Origin: Bilabrum cf. latius
Lineage: Eukaryota
Direction of reading: 5' to 3'
NCBI GenBank assembly: GCA_965178125.1
Contig: OZ237775.1
Location: 310,001 to 374,000 of the forward strand
Length of the DNA stretch: 64,000 nucleotides
Made by a program: the position numbers and the translations under genes. This document shows, in pieces, positions 46,801 to 61,800 of the stretch. The notes below the pieces were generated by a model. It was given only the letters and a program-made list of their open reading frames with translations, was not told the DNA's origin and did no database searches. Numbering within the stretch: position 1 is the first letter of the stretch; each line of letters opens with the position of its first letter.

Positions 46801-49800
46801 TACTGTATCCATATTCAATGGCGTCCCTTCATCTGAATTCACCGCTAGCTCAGCGATACTGTATGCTGAAGAGTCAAGATCAAATGCAGTGATCGGCCTG
46901 TGACTCTGTAAATGAAGTCGGCTGTTGTCGATATCATGAAAAGAGGGTGATACCCAAAGGTTTCGAGACGAAAAGGAGCTCGGTGACCCGACAGAAATGG
47001 CGGAATACAGCCGAAATGGTGCTTTGCCAAAAGTTTCAAGAACCTCGCTTGCATTTCTTCCGGGCGGGCGAGTAGAAACAAAATCAGTTATGCTGTAGGG
47101 CTGGTCAAATATGCCGTATATCCCAGTTACAACAGTACTCAGATTGCCGTCGAACAGCGATGGAAGCTCGCCATCATATTTCGGATAGCTAGACGAGCTA
47201 AACTCATCCAGGGGAATTCTATATGCAGTTCCAACCAGCCCATTCACGTGGGCGGGAATCACAACTCGGACCCAAGACAACGATTCGTGGCGAACACGGC
47301 CACTGGATGAGGAGTAATTGAGACTGCACGCTACTGCCACCGTGATTGCCACTTTAGCAACCATACCGTCGGTGTCATGTCCCTGGAACCACCACGGGGT
47401 AACCTTCGGTCCGAATACCGACTAAAGCATAGCACTCGTAAGTCGAGGGGCATCTATTGACTATTCAGTAATACCCACACGCGATATGCTGATTGTGTCA
47501 TCAACTGCATCCTCAAGGTGCATCAAGTCCTCCATCGCGTTGTAGGCAAATGCCGAGTCATTAACCACATGCCCAGGTGGAGCGAAGTTTTGCGAAAGCG
47601 CCGGGATGGAAGCGCTGTGCGATTCAACCTGATCCAGCTGCAAAGTACCAGCAGGCACGCCAATGACTGAACCATACTTGTTCTGCAGCCGTACTGTAAC
47701 GTTGACAGGTCTATCTAACGGAAGAGCGGGCAGCTCCATGCAGGCGACTTGGAACTTGCGACTACTTGCGAGCCCTCCACTACCCTGAGTGATAGTTCTT
47801 ATCTCTTGCAGCACGGCCGATTCGCAGTACTCTTGTCCGATCCATACTCCCAGGAAGGCGTGCGACTTCGATGCGCTGCAGTTCACACCAGCAGGGAGCA
47901 GACCAGAGGCAAGCATTTCTTGGCATCTGCGTTGACTTGTCTAGACTGGGACGTACATCTCACTAGAGCCGAATGACTCGTAGAGAGAGTCGAAATCTCT
48001 TGCAGTGCCGCTGAAAACAAGCTGGAGCACGTTGCCCTGACTGGCCTGCATGGACCCTCGCACAGTATGAGTGCAGCGTTTGGCCAAGGCAGAGGACCAT
48101 TCGCCCTTCGCTTCAACGTCAATCACCCGGCAAATACGCGCTTCAAAGCCTTTGCTTCTAGATAATGGCATTGCTTGCAGCGAATCCACAAGAAGTATGT
48201 CCGTGGCAGATTGATCAAGGGATGGTCGCGGCACCACTGACATGAGACTGACTCCCCCGATCTCTCGATTACGACGAGCCTCCGAGTCGCGCTCACACAG
48301 AAAGTCATCTGGAGCATACATCATGCTGTCGCGAATCATGGGGCTGCACAATGTGGGTTTTAATGATGCACCTTTGCCATCCCACACTGCCGCCATGCAG
48401 AATTCAGTGTCGGCTTGCACTAGATTGGAGCCAGGGATCGCTGCGATTTCAGTCGCTGCCCTTAGCGAGCAAAGTACCTTCTATGGGAAGCCTGCAGATC
48501 CAAATGAAGCTGCAGATAGCCGCTTACTAGCGGGATCAAAGGCTAGCTACTACTATCCTGCCACGTCAATGCTCTACGACATTGCCACGAGATCACCCCA
48601 AGCTGCCTGTTGCGATCCTGCCATAACAGCACTTGTGTTAATCTCCACTGCAACTCCGGGGCTGAGCTCGTCCGAGCCTGCGACCAACACCTCTCCGCTG
48701 ATGGAAAATATACTCGCAAGATCTACGACGTTGGTCGGGGATACAACCGCTAGTTTCCCGCCGGGTATGGTGGCAGAGCACGCCCCTTGAACATCTGAAG
48801 GAACCATAAATGTACCTGATATGGCCTTGTAGCACCTGCGGTCACCTGTAGCAAGCTACCAATCGTTCGGGCACGACGGCTTCGATGCCACTAGCTGTTC
48901 ACCCGGAGGTAGACTGAAGCTGGTCTCCGCGTGGCCCGAGGAAAGCATGCCGTCAAATATTCTTCTGCCACTTTGAGTGCTACCAATGGAGGCGTTCATC
49001 GTAGCGATTCCATCAATCAGCACCACTGCCGATCTGGGCGAGTCAATCGGAGCAGAGTTCCTCTGAGACTCCACCATTGACAGGATGCGTGCGGCGGTCA
49101 TCGCGTCAGAGGACCCTGCCAGCCAGCCGCCCTGGTCTCTGCAAATTCGCTTTGCCCCCGCGATTGATACCGGAAAAATTGAAGCTGGACGCTCAACATC
49201 AACAGAACTACCAAGGACCATGCACGAGCTACCAACCGAAACCCACGGAGCAGTGCATTGATGCTGCATGCTTGCGGTGGCCGAGTTAGATCCACCTCGC
49301 TAGGATGCTCCTTTTGGAACGACACCTGCACCAAGTGACGAGTACATTCTGCTTGAAGCAGGCATACTACACAGTGGGCTGCGCTGTAAGAGTTGGCCTC
49401 GCGGCCGACTGAAACGTTCTCCGCCGTTCTAGATGTACTCAAGGATGGGATCTATGTCAGTCGGGTTCCATTCAACCACGTCCTCAGGCGTGTAGCGTCC
49501 CTCGCTTGAAATGGGCTGTCGCCCTTGCTCTCCGTGTACGCCAACAAAGGAAGGCGAGAGGCTTGATCTGGGCCTGGGATCATACTCTGTAAGCCGGCCT
49601 CCAGCATTCATGCATGCTAGCTAATGAACACTCAACGGGTACTCCTGTGCCATATCACTGAACTCCACTGTACTTATTGTGCCGCTGGTTGCAACTGGCT
49701 ATCGCATTGTCATGGGCGAGTCCACCGCAGAGTGCAAGTGCCGATAGCTTCTGACCCTCACTCGCTGCATCAAGACCTTCCGGGTGGTATCGCCGACAAG

Positions 49801-52800
49801 ACGGACTTGCAAGTGCGTGCCTGCAGATCCATGGCAGTTGAAAGAGCTCAACTGTAGTCGCCCCGTGGTATGCATTGGAGAAGGGATGCATTGAGCGCCG
49901 CCGGACCCGGGCGATAGCAGGTTCACAACTGAGACGTGTAACACGCTTGCCAGCGTGCCGAGCCGATCGTACACGCCTGCACTTGAGGCATGCATTGCTG
50001 CTCGAATCGATACGTGTCCAACGAACATTCGCTTTGCCACTGCTTCATCATGCGGAGTAATCTGCAGGAGCACAGACGATGTTTTGGAGTCGTTCCGCAG
50101 AAGGGAAAGACCTCCTGCAGGCAGATCAAGCTCGATCTCCTTGCCCCGCCTCGGCTAGAGCACCTGTATTTCAGAGGCTCGCAAGGTGATTGCAGTGGCG
50201 GTGCGGGGCGGGTACACCCTCACGCTGTCTGCGCTCTGACCTGCACAATCAAACACCAGAGGCTATCCTTCCTAAAATGCGACGCCTTTGAACATGGGCC
50301 ATTCATTCCGTGGGTGAAGGGGACCGTCTGTGTGTGAAGCCTTCGAACCATCAGCGACACCACAGCTGCCAACTCTGCGACCATGCTCCCAGAGCTCAAC
50401 CGATATATCGTACCTGTCATTGTCCGGGTCAAAGTCGTTTGCATACCTGTACAGCACAACTGCTCCCACAGGCGAACCGCCGTCTACAAGCTCAACCTCC
50501 ATGTGCACCCCTGTCTGGCTCTCGAAGCCGCCATACGGCCACAGCGAATCACCCAGGTCGTTGTTGGTCAACGAGCGAATGTTCATCCTAAAAGGGACAG
50601 TCTCATCGGTGTACATGTTCACAGGAGCCCCCAAAACAAGGTTTCGAGATGACGAGTCCAGCCAGGCAGGCAGCTCGCCCTTACGCCCGAATCGCTCGCC
50701 GATGCCCCCGGGACCGCGAGCCACGACACGCACAGAGTCGTACAGAGTGCATCGATTCACAGAAACAATGAGCTGCCCTTTCGAGTATCTGTCCGTGGCT
50801 TGCGCGTATTCCACTGCGAATTGGACCGTGCAAAAACTGTCGCTGGGCAAGGCGGCGACACCCCCAGTGGCGATGATCCCCCGTCTGCCGACTGCCGTCC
50901 AGGCTTCCAGTCCAGCGTTCTCGAATTCTGTGTCAGGGGAAGATAGAAGCCGTTCTGACACCAGCCTGACATTAATACCAAGTTCGGTAGTTTTATTCCT
51001 GTCGGTGCATGCATTTCCAGACCAGTACACCTGCAGCACCTGGAAACCTCCCGAGCTAGAGTTCCGTTCCGATTCGAACCCACCCATGCCAACCACAAGC
51101 ATGCCGAGACTATCGCTTCCCTGCTGTCGGACAGCAGCTAGATCTGTGGCATACATTCCCGTGGGTGGGGTACTGTAAGCACCGACGGCTTTTCTGTAGC
51201 TGTATCGTTTCCACGTGACGAGTGCGAAGTCTGAAGGCTACTCGCTTTGCCGTACCAGGCCAACAAACAGTAAGTGGTCACTATTCGAATTCGTGTCGTG
51301 CACGGCCAGTGCAGCAACACAAGTGTGCTTGCCTCCATACCCCAGCTGCGCATCGAGAGCTTGTGGCAGATATGGACAAGATGTACTCGTCTTGCTGATG
51401 CATCCAAGCCAGGCTACGGCACCATTGAGAACCAAGTTGCGATACTACGAGTCAAGGTCGTGCGGGTCGATCAATCCCACCGTGTGTACTCTTCGAATAG
51501 ATAGTCCAGTGCCAGGATCACCACTGACCCTAGCAAAGGCAACACCTTGTGCAATGTCTCCGTCTTCCTTCGCCCGCCACCTCATACCAGTCACAAACGT
51601 GCGAGGCTCGTCTGTCCACGCGACTCCAAGACCAATCATCGACTGGTGCTCCTCCACAATCATGTTGCGCTACGTGCCTGCTCTCTCATACGGATGCAGC
51701 GTGGCACGGGCGAGCACGATGTCCCCGTTGGCCTGTCCGCCCTGCAGATGCATGACCTCTACGTAGCCGTGCTCTGGGGTGGCCATTGAAGGGCTGCTGA
51801 ACCCGGTTGCAACCTCGAGTACCAAACCTGCCGGTGTGTCGAGGGTGGCACCAGACTCGATGAAGGACCGTTCGTACGCAACAGATTGGTTGTGGGATGA
51901 TGGCACCTCAATCTCAGCCCATTGAGCGCTCTGGCGAGGGTCTATTACCTCACCGTTCTCCAATGGAATCTCTGGGACGGTCGGATGTGTTACAGCCCTA
52001 GCATTTGCTGATGATGAGCTACACAGAACATGAGCTCGAGTGCAAGAGCTTAGCTGCAATACGCCGTGATATAGCTGCACGACCGGTACCTACGACTACC
52101 CCTCCAATGCAATGCACGCAGTCGATCGATTGGCCCGGACGGAAACACCTTGATCAAGGATGCTCGGATGTAGAGCGACCCACACACGAGACGGGGCATC
52201 TGTCTCTACACGGTGCAATTCATCTACAGCGAGCTGACCAGCCATGTACACGCCAGAATCGCAGGTCCTAATCGCATCGACTGCATTGGCGGCCACTGGC
52301 CCTATAGCCGCTGCATAAGTGCCCTCGAAGTAGATGGATCCACTCGCCCTCTTGTGAATCTGCTGATCTGGTTGTATTACAAGTAAAGAGTCCGCAAGAG
52401 CTCGCATGTCGCTCCCTCGAAAGGGAGCAACGTTTGAAGCCGATACGTTAACGGCGTGCGGCCGCCTATCCAGCGAGTCCATTGTTGTCACTTGATCTGC
52501 TTCAGCGATGCACACCACTGGGGCAACCACCATGCAGCTTTGCTCGACTTGGCCTCCGAATGATGTTGCTATTGAGCAGGCTGAATCGTTTCCGTGTCTT
52601 ACTACAGTATCCATTGCACCAATACTCAGCCAGTACGACATTGGCTGGGCTATCATGGACTGCAACCTATCGAGCGGTTCAGTCGGAAGCCGACCGCCTA
52701 AGCTTCGGCACATTGACTCGGCTGCAAGGAACCCCATCGCGGTTGGTACATGAATCGCGCAACCTGAATCCGCGGTATCCATCCATGGTCTGCGGCAACC

Positions 52801-55800
52801 AAAACGCCTGGTCGATTCCAGAGCTGGCAAAGTCTCGACCTCGGAAAAGTCGTTTTGCATGCAAATAGCTAGTACATTTGCGACACCTGCGATCTACGTC
52901 CCTGCCTGCCAGCCCGCTTGGAGGTACTCCGGCAGTGGAGCTAGGACGCCTGCAACGCAAGGATGTCCGGAACCAGCTGCCCGCATATCTATCACCTGGA
53001 CACCAGCAGCATCCGGCATGGTGCCAGAGAATCGAATGATACCATCGTTGCTAGATGACGATAGCAAGCCCAAACCGGCTGATAATGCTGCGTTCATTGA
53101 CACGATGCCCACATGGAGCTCACCGCCACCGACAGCGTATTGTCTTCCGATGCCCCTTAGAATCCTTGCTTGGACTGCCTAGAGACCGGCTTGCTCTGGA
53201 GAGCGGTGGGTATCTTGAGGAACCACTGGCCTGATCAGATTCTTTGCAATTGCTTCCAGCCCGGAATGAATGTCTGCCATTGGCTTGCCCGACTGTTGCT
53301 CATTATTTAAAAACGTTGCATCGCTTGCAAGCACCGAGCTGAGCTAACCAACTAGCGGGGCAATGAACGCGTGTACCTGGCCAAATTCAACTGATTGGGT
53401 CCAAGTCCCCTCTTGAACGCTCCTCGCAACCTCACTTGAAGGCCAGGATCCGTTGGAATCGACCGCACCTGAAGCAGCAATCCCCGAAAGGGGCACAGCG
53501 AGAGAGACAGACACGAAGTCAATATACGGCGGCACAAACTGATGCAGCCGGCCTTGTTCCTCTGAAGGCACCGACGAAGTATAACGGGGCAGCATATCAC
53601 GCACGTCTACCTCGATTCCAGTCTAGTCTGGGTCAAATAGGACAAGGGAGCCTTGTCCAAAGCTTACCTGCGGGACCATGCTTCCGGTTAGGAGACGTCT
53701 CGTGGTGTGAGGTCCGATTGAATCGAGTACATGAGTAGACCTCACTGCGTGCGCAGATACAACCTGCAGTGCAGAGCCACCTGGCCTCCGCATGCAAGCC
53801 ACTACAGCCACTGGCACCGCACCGCTGGTTGTTGAGTAGAACGCAGGATACTGCAGCAGAATCACTATTGCCGCATCGCACGCCGACCCATCAAGATGGT
53901 CACGAGGGGCGAATGCCACCCGCGATCCAAACGCTGGATTGCTTCCTGGGATCGGACCTATCGCGCTCCGCATCAGCGTGGGCCTAGCAGGTGTGATGAC
54001 CAGCGTGTCTTGGACGTGGGCATACCTTGCAAAATCGGGCGTGTTGCTTGGTGCAACCAGTGTGATGAGGAACACAGCACCTTCCATATCGTCCTCGTGC
54101 ATCTCGATGGTCTGGGCCTGTGGATCTGCAACGGCAACTACGCGGGTATCATCGATAGAAACACCAGTATTCACCAGCTCAATGTCCGTGTCCACGTTAG
54201 CGGCGCTGACACTGGCCCCAAATGCGCTCCGACCAGCATCCAGGCGAATTGTTGCACCTCGAATGCTGCTTGAAAGTGCGCTTAGCATTAACAGTCTTGG
54301 CATGCCGATGTACTCCAGACTAGGCCCCGAGTGAATCTGCTACTTGTCACACATGCCAACCATCCCGCTCACTTGATTTGCGACATCCTTTGCAACCGGG
54401 CGGACAAGCATCGGGCTGTGCAATAGGTGACATGTATGGCTGGAACTGTCGTACTCGAACGTCCTGCAACGATCAGAATCATCACAGAGCTAACTGCACT
54501 GCGAGACACTGGTCGCCATGTGGTTTCCGAGTGTGTCGAAGCTAGCACGCCCCTGCGTGCTGCCGCCAGGTACCACACTGTGGCAGTTGCCAAGCACCGA
54601 ATCTGCGTTCGTGGGTCGCGCCCCGACCAGCAGAACCCCGCCCGTTTCCTCACCTCTTGGGGTCTCGAAGGCTACGTCAGGCGCACCAATCGCGAGCAAC
54701 ACTTCATCATCGGCGGGTCGCTGCAACGGTTCAACAAGAGGAAACACCTGCACTTCGGCAATCTGCAGAATTGTGCTGTTTTCTAGCTTGAAAACGACGA
54801 CACGAGTGCCCCCTCGTCCAGTGCAGTCAAAATCCGTGTATGTTCTCCCTTGGCCAGACCGTTCGGTCTCCTCCAATGGCCGCTCGCATTGAGCCAGGGA
54901 CTGCAAATGCTCTATCACGCCGGTACTCTTCGGTGGCGTTGCGCTACTTACAGCTACCCTGAATTCCTTATTTCGCACGTCATTGTTCTACCAATGGTAT
55001 ACGCGTACAATGCCGATGTCCTAGTGCTGCTGCAGGGTCACTGCCCACCACGGGTAGTCATCCCTAGGGCTTTCAGCTGAGTTGTAGTGGTTTCCCGGCC
55101 ACGTGATGCCATCCACTGCTTTTTCGGGAACGTGATTGGGGCCAAGTTCTGATAGACTATCTGCAGGACGTCCCTCGGCCAAGTTTGCGGCTGTGTACGA
55201 AGCTAAGTCAGCGGCAGACTCGGTTGCAGTGATGCCGTTGGCCGGCCCAACCACTGCGATCGTGGCTCCAAAAGACGAGTCATCATCTGAGGCAACTGCG
55301 GCTATCCCTGGGCGCAGCAGCGATCGGATGCCATCAGAGACCTACAGCATCTTTGGATAAATGAAAGAAACACCTCTCTACGCGAGATTGATGCCAGCAG
55401 GTGTACCGCCCAGTCCCTCTGGAATGGACATGACTGGGACACCCTCAGCCCGAGGATATACCGAGGCTCTTGTGAAGCCAAAGTTGGTCTTGCCATCCGA
55501 GGTCTTGGCTCTGTACACAACCGACGAATCCACAGGTCCCACGCCGTACTCTGCAACAGATGGTACGAAACCCGCGTGAATCAGCTCGAGTTCTGAGACA
55601 CTCCGACTCCCGGCGGATCTCCTGACTACAGCACCTCCGTTTGAATGGGTAGTCACGATCTATTGTCCATGACCAACCGAAGCAAGTTCCTCGACGAAGT
55701 ATGCCTTCGAATCCTGCCTATGCTTGCTTCCATCATTCTTCAATGCAAGCAATACAGCGTCATGGTTTCGAGTATGGAACTACATCCCGCGCACTCCAGG

Positions 55801-58800
55801 GAGTCTCAGCGCAGCCGCTGCATCCCACGAGTCTTCATCAGAGGTCATTGCACTCGAGAAGCAAAGCGCTGGGCGAGTAGTAGCACTGGAGCATGACTCA
55901 AGCGTCCATTCAGTACCATCCGTGTGCACGCACTCGCCCTCACTGGATGTCTGCGTCTTGTCCCATTCGGACTCATCTGCAAAGTAAGATGCCGCCGCAT
56001 GCACAGGCAGAGGTACAGAGTGCAAGAAACTGCGAGGTCCAGATTCCTAGACCCGATGCATCCATGCATTGCTGGTATTGCCTCGTTGGATTGGCAGCCA
56101 GCAGCCCTCCAAACACAGGTGCTTGGCCACCTCGCTTCGAGAGGCAGACACCAGTCCACCGCTCGGGAACGCGAAGCTAGCACCAGCCACCGCAGCGTTG
56201 CACGCTTGCTGAGCGCTGGAGACGACAGTGGGTGCTGATGTACTCAAGCAGTACTTCATGTCAACGTCAATTACGCTCCCGGTCGGGCAGCTCGTCCTCA
56301 TGCCTGCATAGCTCGCAGGTCGCATGCGCGGCACTGAGCCCGCGGGCGGTTCATGCGAGTCTCCCTAGTAACAGCCTATGCAGTGAGCCAGTGCAAGAGT
56401 AGCGGGGCCATTCGGATTTCTGTAAAGCACTGTTACATCGTGTTGACCATACAACACCGGTGGGTCAACGCATGCAACCCACAGCAATGAACTGGCCTCG
56501 GTCCTTCTCCTCGAGTCAAGTTCGTTATGTTTTCCGATCGCGAGCAGACTACACCCGGCATCGTTGGGAATGTTCCCGAATTGGATTGACAGCATAGGTG
56601 TTGAGGTTGACGTTACCTCCCCTCCTGCATCGAATAGCCATGTCCTCTTGCCTTGCAACACAGACGCTCCCTCTGCAGATAGCTGCACTGCACCTGTGTG
56701 CTCTCCTAGCAATCCGCGGGCAAATGCCCTAGAGACGTGCATGGAGAACATAACGACGCCATCATGGGTCCCGTTTCCACCACATCCCGATGATAGTCCA
56801 GACCGAGTGCACGTGAAAACGCTCCTCGCTCTCTCCCAGATCCTCGCCGTTGATGACTGGGTCTGTAACGTAAAGACGGTGTTTAAGGGAGCGGCGGGTT
56901 GGCTACTACCTTGAACGATGTCATTGAATGCAGCAGCCAGGCGTATAGCCTACTCTTTCAATATCTGTGGAAGTTCCGCGATGAGCTACACCAGGTTGCT
57001 GCGACTACTTTGCACAAGCACGGAGATCAGCTGAAGGGCATCACTACGAATATCCATGCTAGGGTATGCCTGCAGCACAGCAGGCATATTCGCGACTGCC
57101 GATTCTGGCGTTGACTGCCAGAACAGATCGGACCTGTTGGGCGCGAACCCTCCAGCTGCAGGTTGGGCATTGGGCAATCTCGCGAGCAGCAACCCTGGAG
57201 AAGCAGAAGACGTGTCACTTGCTACCAGGGGCACTGCTACCGCTGACTACACGCCGTCAGCCACGAGGCCAGTGCTCACGATCCGCCATGGCAAAGGGTT
57301 CATGTGCTCACCTCCATCGGTGCATCCTAGTGGCTCCGCTCGGCACGCCTACTCAGCCCAGAGGACCGTGCTTCCGTTTTTCTAGCCGGGACGGTATCCT
57401 CTGGAGATCTGGCCGGGACCTACAGGTGCAAAATCGACCCAGATCAAATGCGATGCCTGTGTGGGTGCTACGGCAGAATTTTCGATGCCTCCGTATAGGC
57501 GTGAGAAGACTCGCACGACACCAATAGAAGTGCTTTGCCCGAGTCCAAGCCACTCTCCGACCCGCCCGTCAGGTGGAGCCAGCGGCCAAATGGTGGTACT
57601 TCCAGACCCCTTCGGTGACAGACTCTGCCACTAAGACACAGTCAAGGCAGCGAGGTCTCCTGCATTCGGGCTTGAGGTAAGGTGAAGCAGCTGAATCTCC
57701 CCTGCCCCGTTGTGGGCCCCCGGGGCGCCCACCAGAAGCATGCAGCTCTTTGCTGGAGCCGCTGTGATTGATTGGCTTCCTGTTCCGAGGATGATTGCAC
57801 CATCAGTGGAGCCCGCGGCGGTATCACACCCTAGCCACACCACCGCATGTCCCCAGTCGTCGCCCGCTGTGGCAGCATGATGAGGAATCCCATTGGACCC
57901 CGGCATCAGAGCAATGGCACTGGAGTATCGCGGCAACCAAAACTGCCCCCTTGCTTCCGATTCTAGTCCAACCACTGCGTCTCGTGCGGATGCAGACTCA
58001 TCTAGCAGGCCGAGGATCCAGATGCAACCAGGGATCTCCTCAACGGAAGATCCGACAATGGAGCGAGGCCGCGTCCCAATCGCGACCATTTGGGCCGCAT
58101 TGGTACCCTGCTGGCTAGAACTTGCTTGGATAGACAGCGAAGAACCTATCACTCGGAGAGATGCAGCCGCTTGCATTGCTACGGTCTTGCGAGTGTCGTT
58201 CGGAGTCGCCTCAACCAGAGTACCCGCGTTGACTCGTCCTACAGGGAACGTCTCAATTCGGGCCAGTGAATCCGCCCTGCTCACGCGTGGCACTGATACT
58301 AGACCGGTCAGCTCGACGACTCCCGCCTCATCTCCTAGGGCCTACGGCTCGACCTCGCACACAACCCCCCTTGACAAGTCCCCGCTCGTGGTGCTCCTTA
58401 GACCGGAAGTGCTTCTGATCTGTCCTTGGGCATCAAGATCAACCTTGAGGTAGAGCTTGTCGAGGCTGGGAATGTTTCCATTGTACCACAAGGTTGTATC
58501 AGCTGGATAGTTTGACCCGTCCGAGAACTTGCCGCCGCTGCCATCTAGCCAGCACTCGTTGTCCTCGTCAATCACAGTGATGAATTCACTGTCGTCATTG
58601 TACTGAGACACCTGCGTGCAAACAGACATAGCCGCATCGACCTGGGCTCTAGTCCTGGGTGCAGCCACTCGAGCGCTGAATTTGCCATCACTTGAGGAGA
58701 ATATCGAGGCCTCCTGCTCTGTGATGAATCCAACGGCCCGCATGAAGTTAGCCTTGCACATGATATCGCCCTAAGACAGGGTGTGCTACACTGCAACATT

Positions 58801-61800
58801 ATTTCCATTGAATTCAATGACTCCGACGTGGTAGCACATGGAGCTGTCCGAGCTCCGGGTCCATCCTGTGGGGCATGCGGCTGCAGATGTGACAGTCTGC
58901 AGCCGCTGCGAAGCGATCAGCCTTGCAGTAGACAGTGGTGCTTTTTCGTCACTCTGGCGCGACTGATCGATAGATCCCAAGCTGTGCATGAGCATGTGGC
59001 TGGCAGTCTGCCTACTGACATTTATCGTGCTTGCCAGGGCTGAAGACTCCTCGAACACCGCTTCATGCATCACTCGTGAGGTACTGGATCCCCTGGCTCT
59101 CAACTCCGATACACACTACGCCACTGGAGCCTCGCATACGTACTACGATGGGTTGCCAGCACTGCTGCATGCACCCAGGTTGTACCCTGACTGATACGAT
59201 GGCACTTGGGAGCACACCGCGGCCCCATCGATCTCTCCCGTTGCATTCGTGTGGATCGTTGCCTCGCCACCACCATCGCGGAACAGCACCCATCCGTCAT
59301 CCAGTCGCTTGGATACGAGAAACCTGGACAGGAAGCGCAGTTCGGACAGCGAGCTGACAGTTGCGATTCGACTGAGTGGATTCTGCTGCCTGCACGCGGA
59401 CTCAGCCTCATCTAGGCTTGTCATTACCCCACTGTGCACCTAGTAGGACGAGAAAACACGCTGTCCACTTGCAGTCAGAAACCGCGTGTCACTGAGAGTT
59501 GCCGATGGTGCGGCAATGGCACTTGCAGCAGAACGAATCAACCCAACCTCGCTGACGGGTGCAACAGCCAAACCAGACCCCACCGCCATTGATACGGTGG
59601 ACACATTCGCATGCAAGTACAGGCTATCGATACCACCCGCACTCTCAGCTGGTACATGCGTGCTTCCTGCGACAGTAGGACATGCAAGTCCGTTACCGCC
59701 GGATATCAGTGCAATAGGCTGCACAAAGTAAGCCCCACCTGAGTCTTGGACTGTCGCTAGTAGGAGACTGCCGTTATGTGCCGGAGGGCCGAGCTTCGTC
59801 AGATTGCCTGAAGTGGAAACCAGAACGCCAATCCCACCAGACCCCTAATCGTCGAACATAGGCCCCACTGTAGCCATCTACTCGCCTATTGCGCTGTCTG
59901 TAGGCACCAAGCCCTGCAGGAATTCCGCAGTCGCGCCACTCTGGTGTGCGGAGTCCCATGCGAGCCGGTCCGCCAACGAAGAGGAGACGGCAGTGTTTTC
60001 GGCCGCAGGAATAGGCATGTACTCGACGCATTGGCGGCATATCATCTCAACGGAATCCTCGGTGAAGTGTCCCGACGCATGCAATCGAACGGTTCCGTCA
60101 GCCAGTGCAGTCCCAGCAGTAGTCGTAGCCAGCTTGTCAACAGGAATATCAAGCCTATCAGGCATCCCCACGCATTCAACTGCTACAAGATCTGGCAGCA
60201 AAAATGACATCGGTACAACAGACACATTACGGCAACTTACACTGCCGACTCGAACGGACAAGTCGAATTCACCACCTTCGCTATGGCCACTTGCTGCAAT
60301 GTGCCTGATCGCTGCCGCGACCCACGGCCGTTCAGCACTCCCGACCCAAACTTCCAAAAACACGCTGTGCAGTTCAGCGTCAGGGTGCACCTTCTGCAAG
60401 GCTGCGGGACCGCAACAAGCTGCAAGCGACCCTTGATCTAGCCCCGCAAATGCACCTCCGGCCTCCTAGTGCTGCCTCGCTGCACCGGCCCGGATGACCG
60501 CATCCCCAGCACGCTGCCTCACGACTGGATGCAACGGAGCGATGGTCGTGACTGCATGGTCCAAAACTGGCGTGCCACCACCGATGACAGGTGTACGAAA
60601 CTGCATCCACGGTACTTGATTCAGTAGGCTCGTCTGGACCACAGGAGTGAACATTTGCGCACCAGAGTCGGATACGTTGGAGGTGATCAGTCCCGCCCAA
60701 ACCCCGACATTGGGATTTGTGTTGCCAGCCAGGGATGGATGCATTGCCGATGCACCGGTCATGGTAGGCATGTGCACATTCAGGCTGGATGCGCCCTGAG
60801 CTACACTGCCTGTCAGATACGCCTCACCGAGGTGCATTGCCTAGACACCGAACCTGGAGCTTTCCAACGCCTGCATGAAATCATTTCCACGTGTCGGAAT
60901 ACCAAATGGAAATGCAAGCAACGAATTCAAATGCTGGAAGCTGATCTGGACCGCAGCATATCCTGACTAATCAGCAAGCACGACTGACCTAGCTCGAGCG
61001 CATCCAACTGTTCCTGCCTGGTGCGCAATCATGCGGGACAAAGCCCGGTTTATTTTGCTTGAGCCATTTGAGTGAAGTAGCATCTTCTGAGCTTGTACCA
61101 GCCTATCGGCAAGCACAATATCCGTGCCTGTAGACGCGTGCGCATTTGCATTGCACTCCTCGTGCACAGCACTTCTTCCAGGTGGCACGTAGGGTCCTGA
61201 CGACACCCTAGCTCCATGCCACCAGGAACCTTGCCCCCTAAGCGTGCGATTAAAGACGGTTTGTCGAATTGAAACGCTAGCAACGGCCTCGAATTTCAAC
61301 GAATTGCTGCTGTCGTCGTCATTCAGAGCTGCCTCTCTCACGACGGTGACAACCGCTGCCGGCGGGTCTCTTTGCACCCTGACAGCAGGTCGCTGGCACA
61401 AGGCCGGGCGTGGGGCACTGCAACTCGCCACCGCGTATTGCAGCTTAAATGTAGGCGGCGGCCCTTGTGACTGTGACGAGGCTAAAATGCACTGTGCCGC
61501 AGTACCGGTCAGCAGACTGGACTGGTCACGACACGCCTTGCGATACTGAACACTGTTCGCTGTTTCTGACCGCACTGTAACCCCGGATTGAACAAAAGCT
61601 GATGTCGATCCCTGGAGAGCGGCACCAGCGGCATTTTCGTCATTGTCACCCTCAACAGCGCAGGCTTGAACCGGTACCACGGAGCTGTTTACTCCGGCTC
61701 CCAGCGCTCTGCAAGCTGCTTGCGCATTTGTTTGCATGACACTGTCCTCTGTGGTACGGTAGCACACCGTCGTTTCATAATCATCCCCACCAAACCATCC

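Noticed and set aside
48481-48576. Pyrrolysine insertion or A-to-I editing (UAG to UGG, Trp)
   Set aside because: Pyrrolysine is known from prokaryotes at rare sites. The TAGs here are dense, occur in runs and sit in polar, Gln-like contexts rather than Trp positions.
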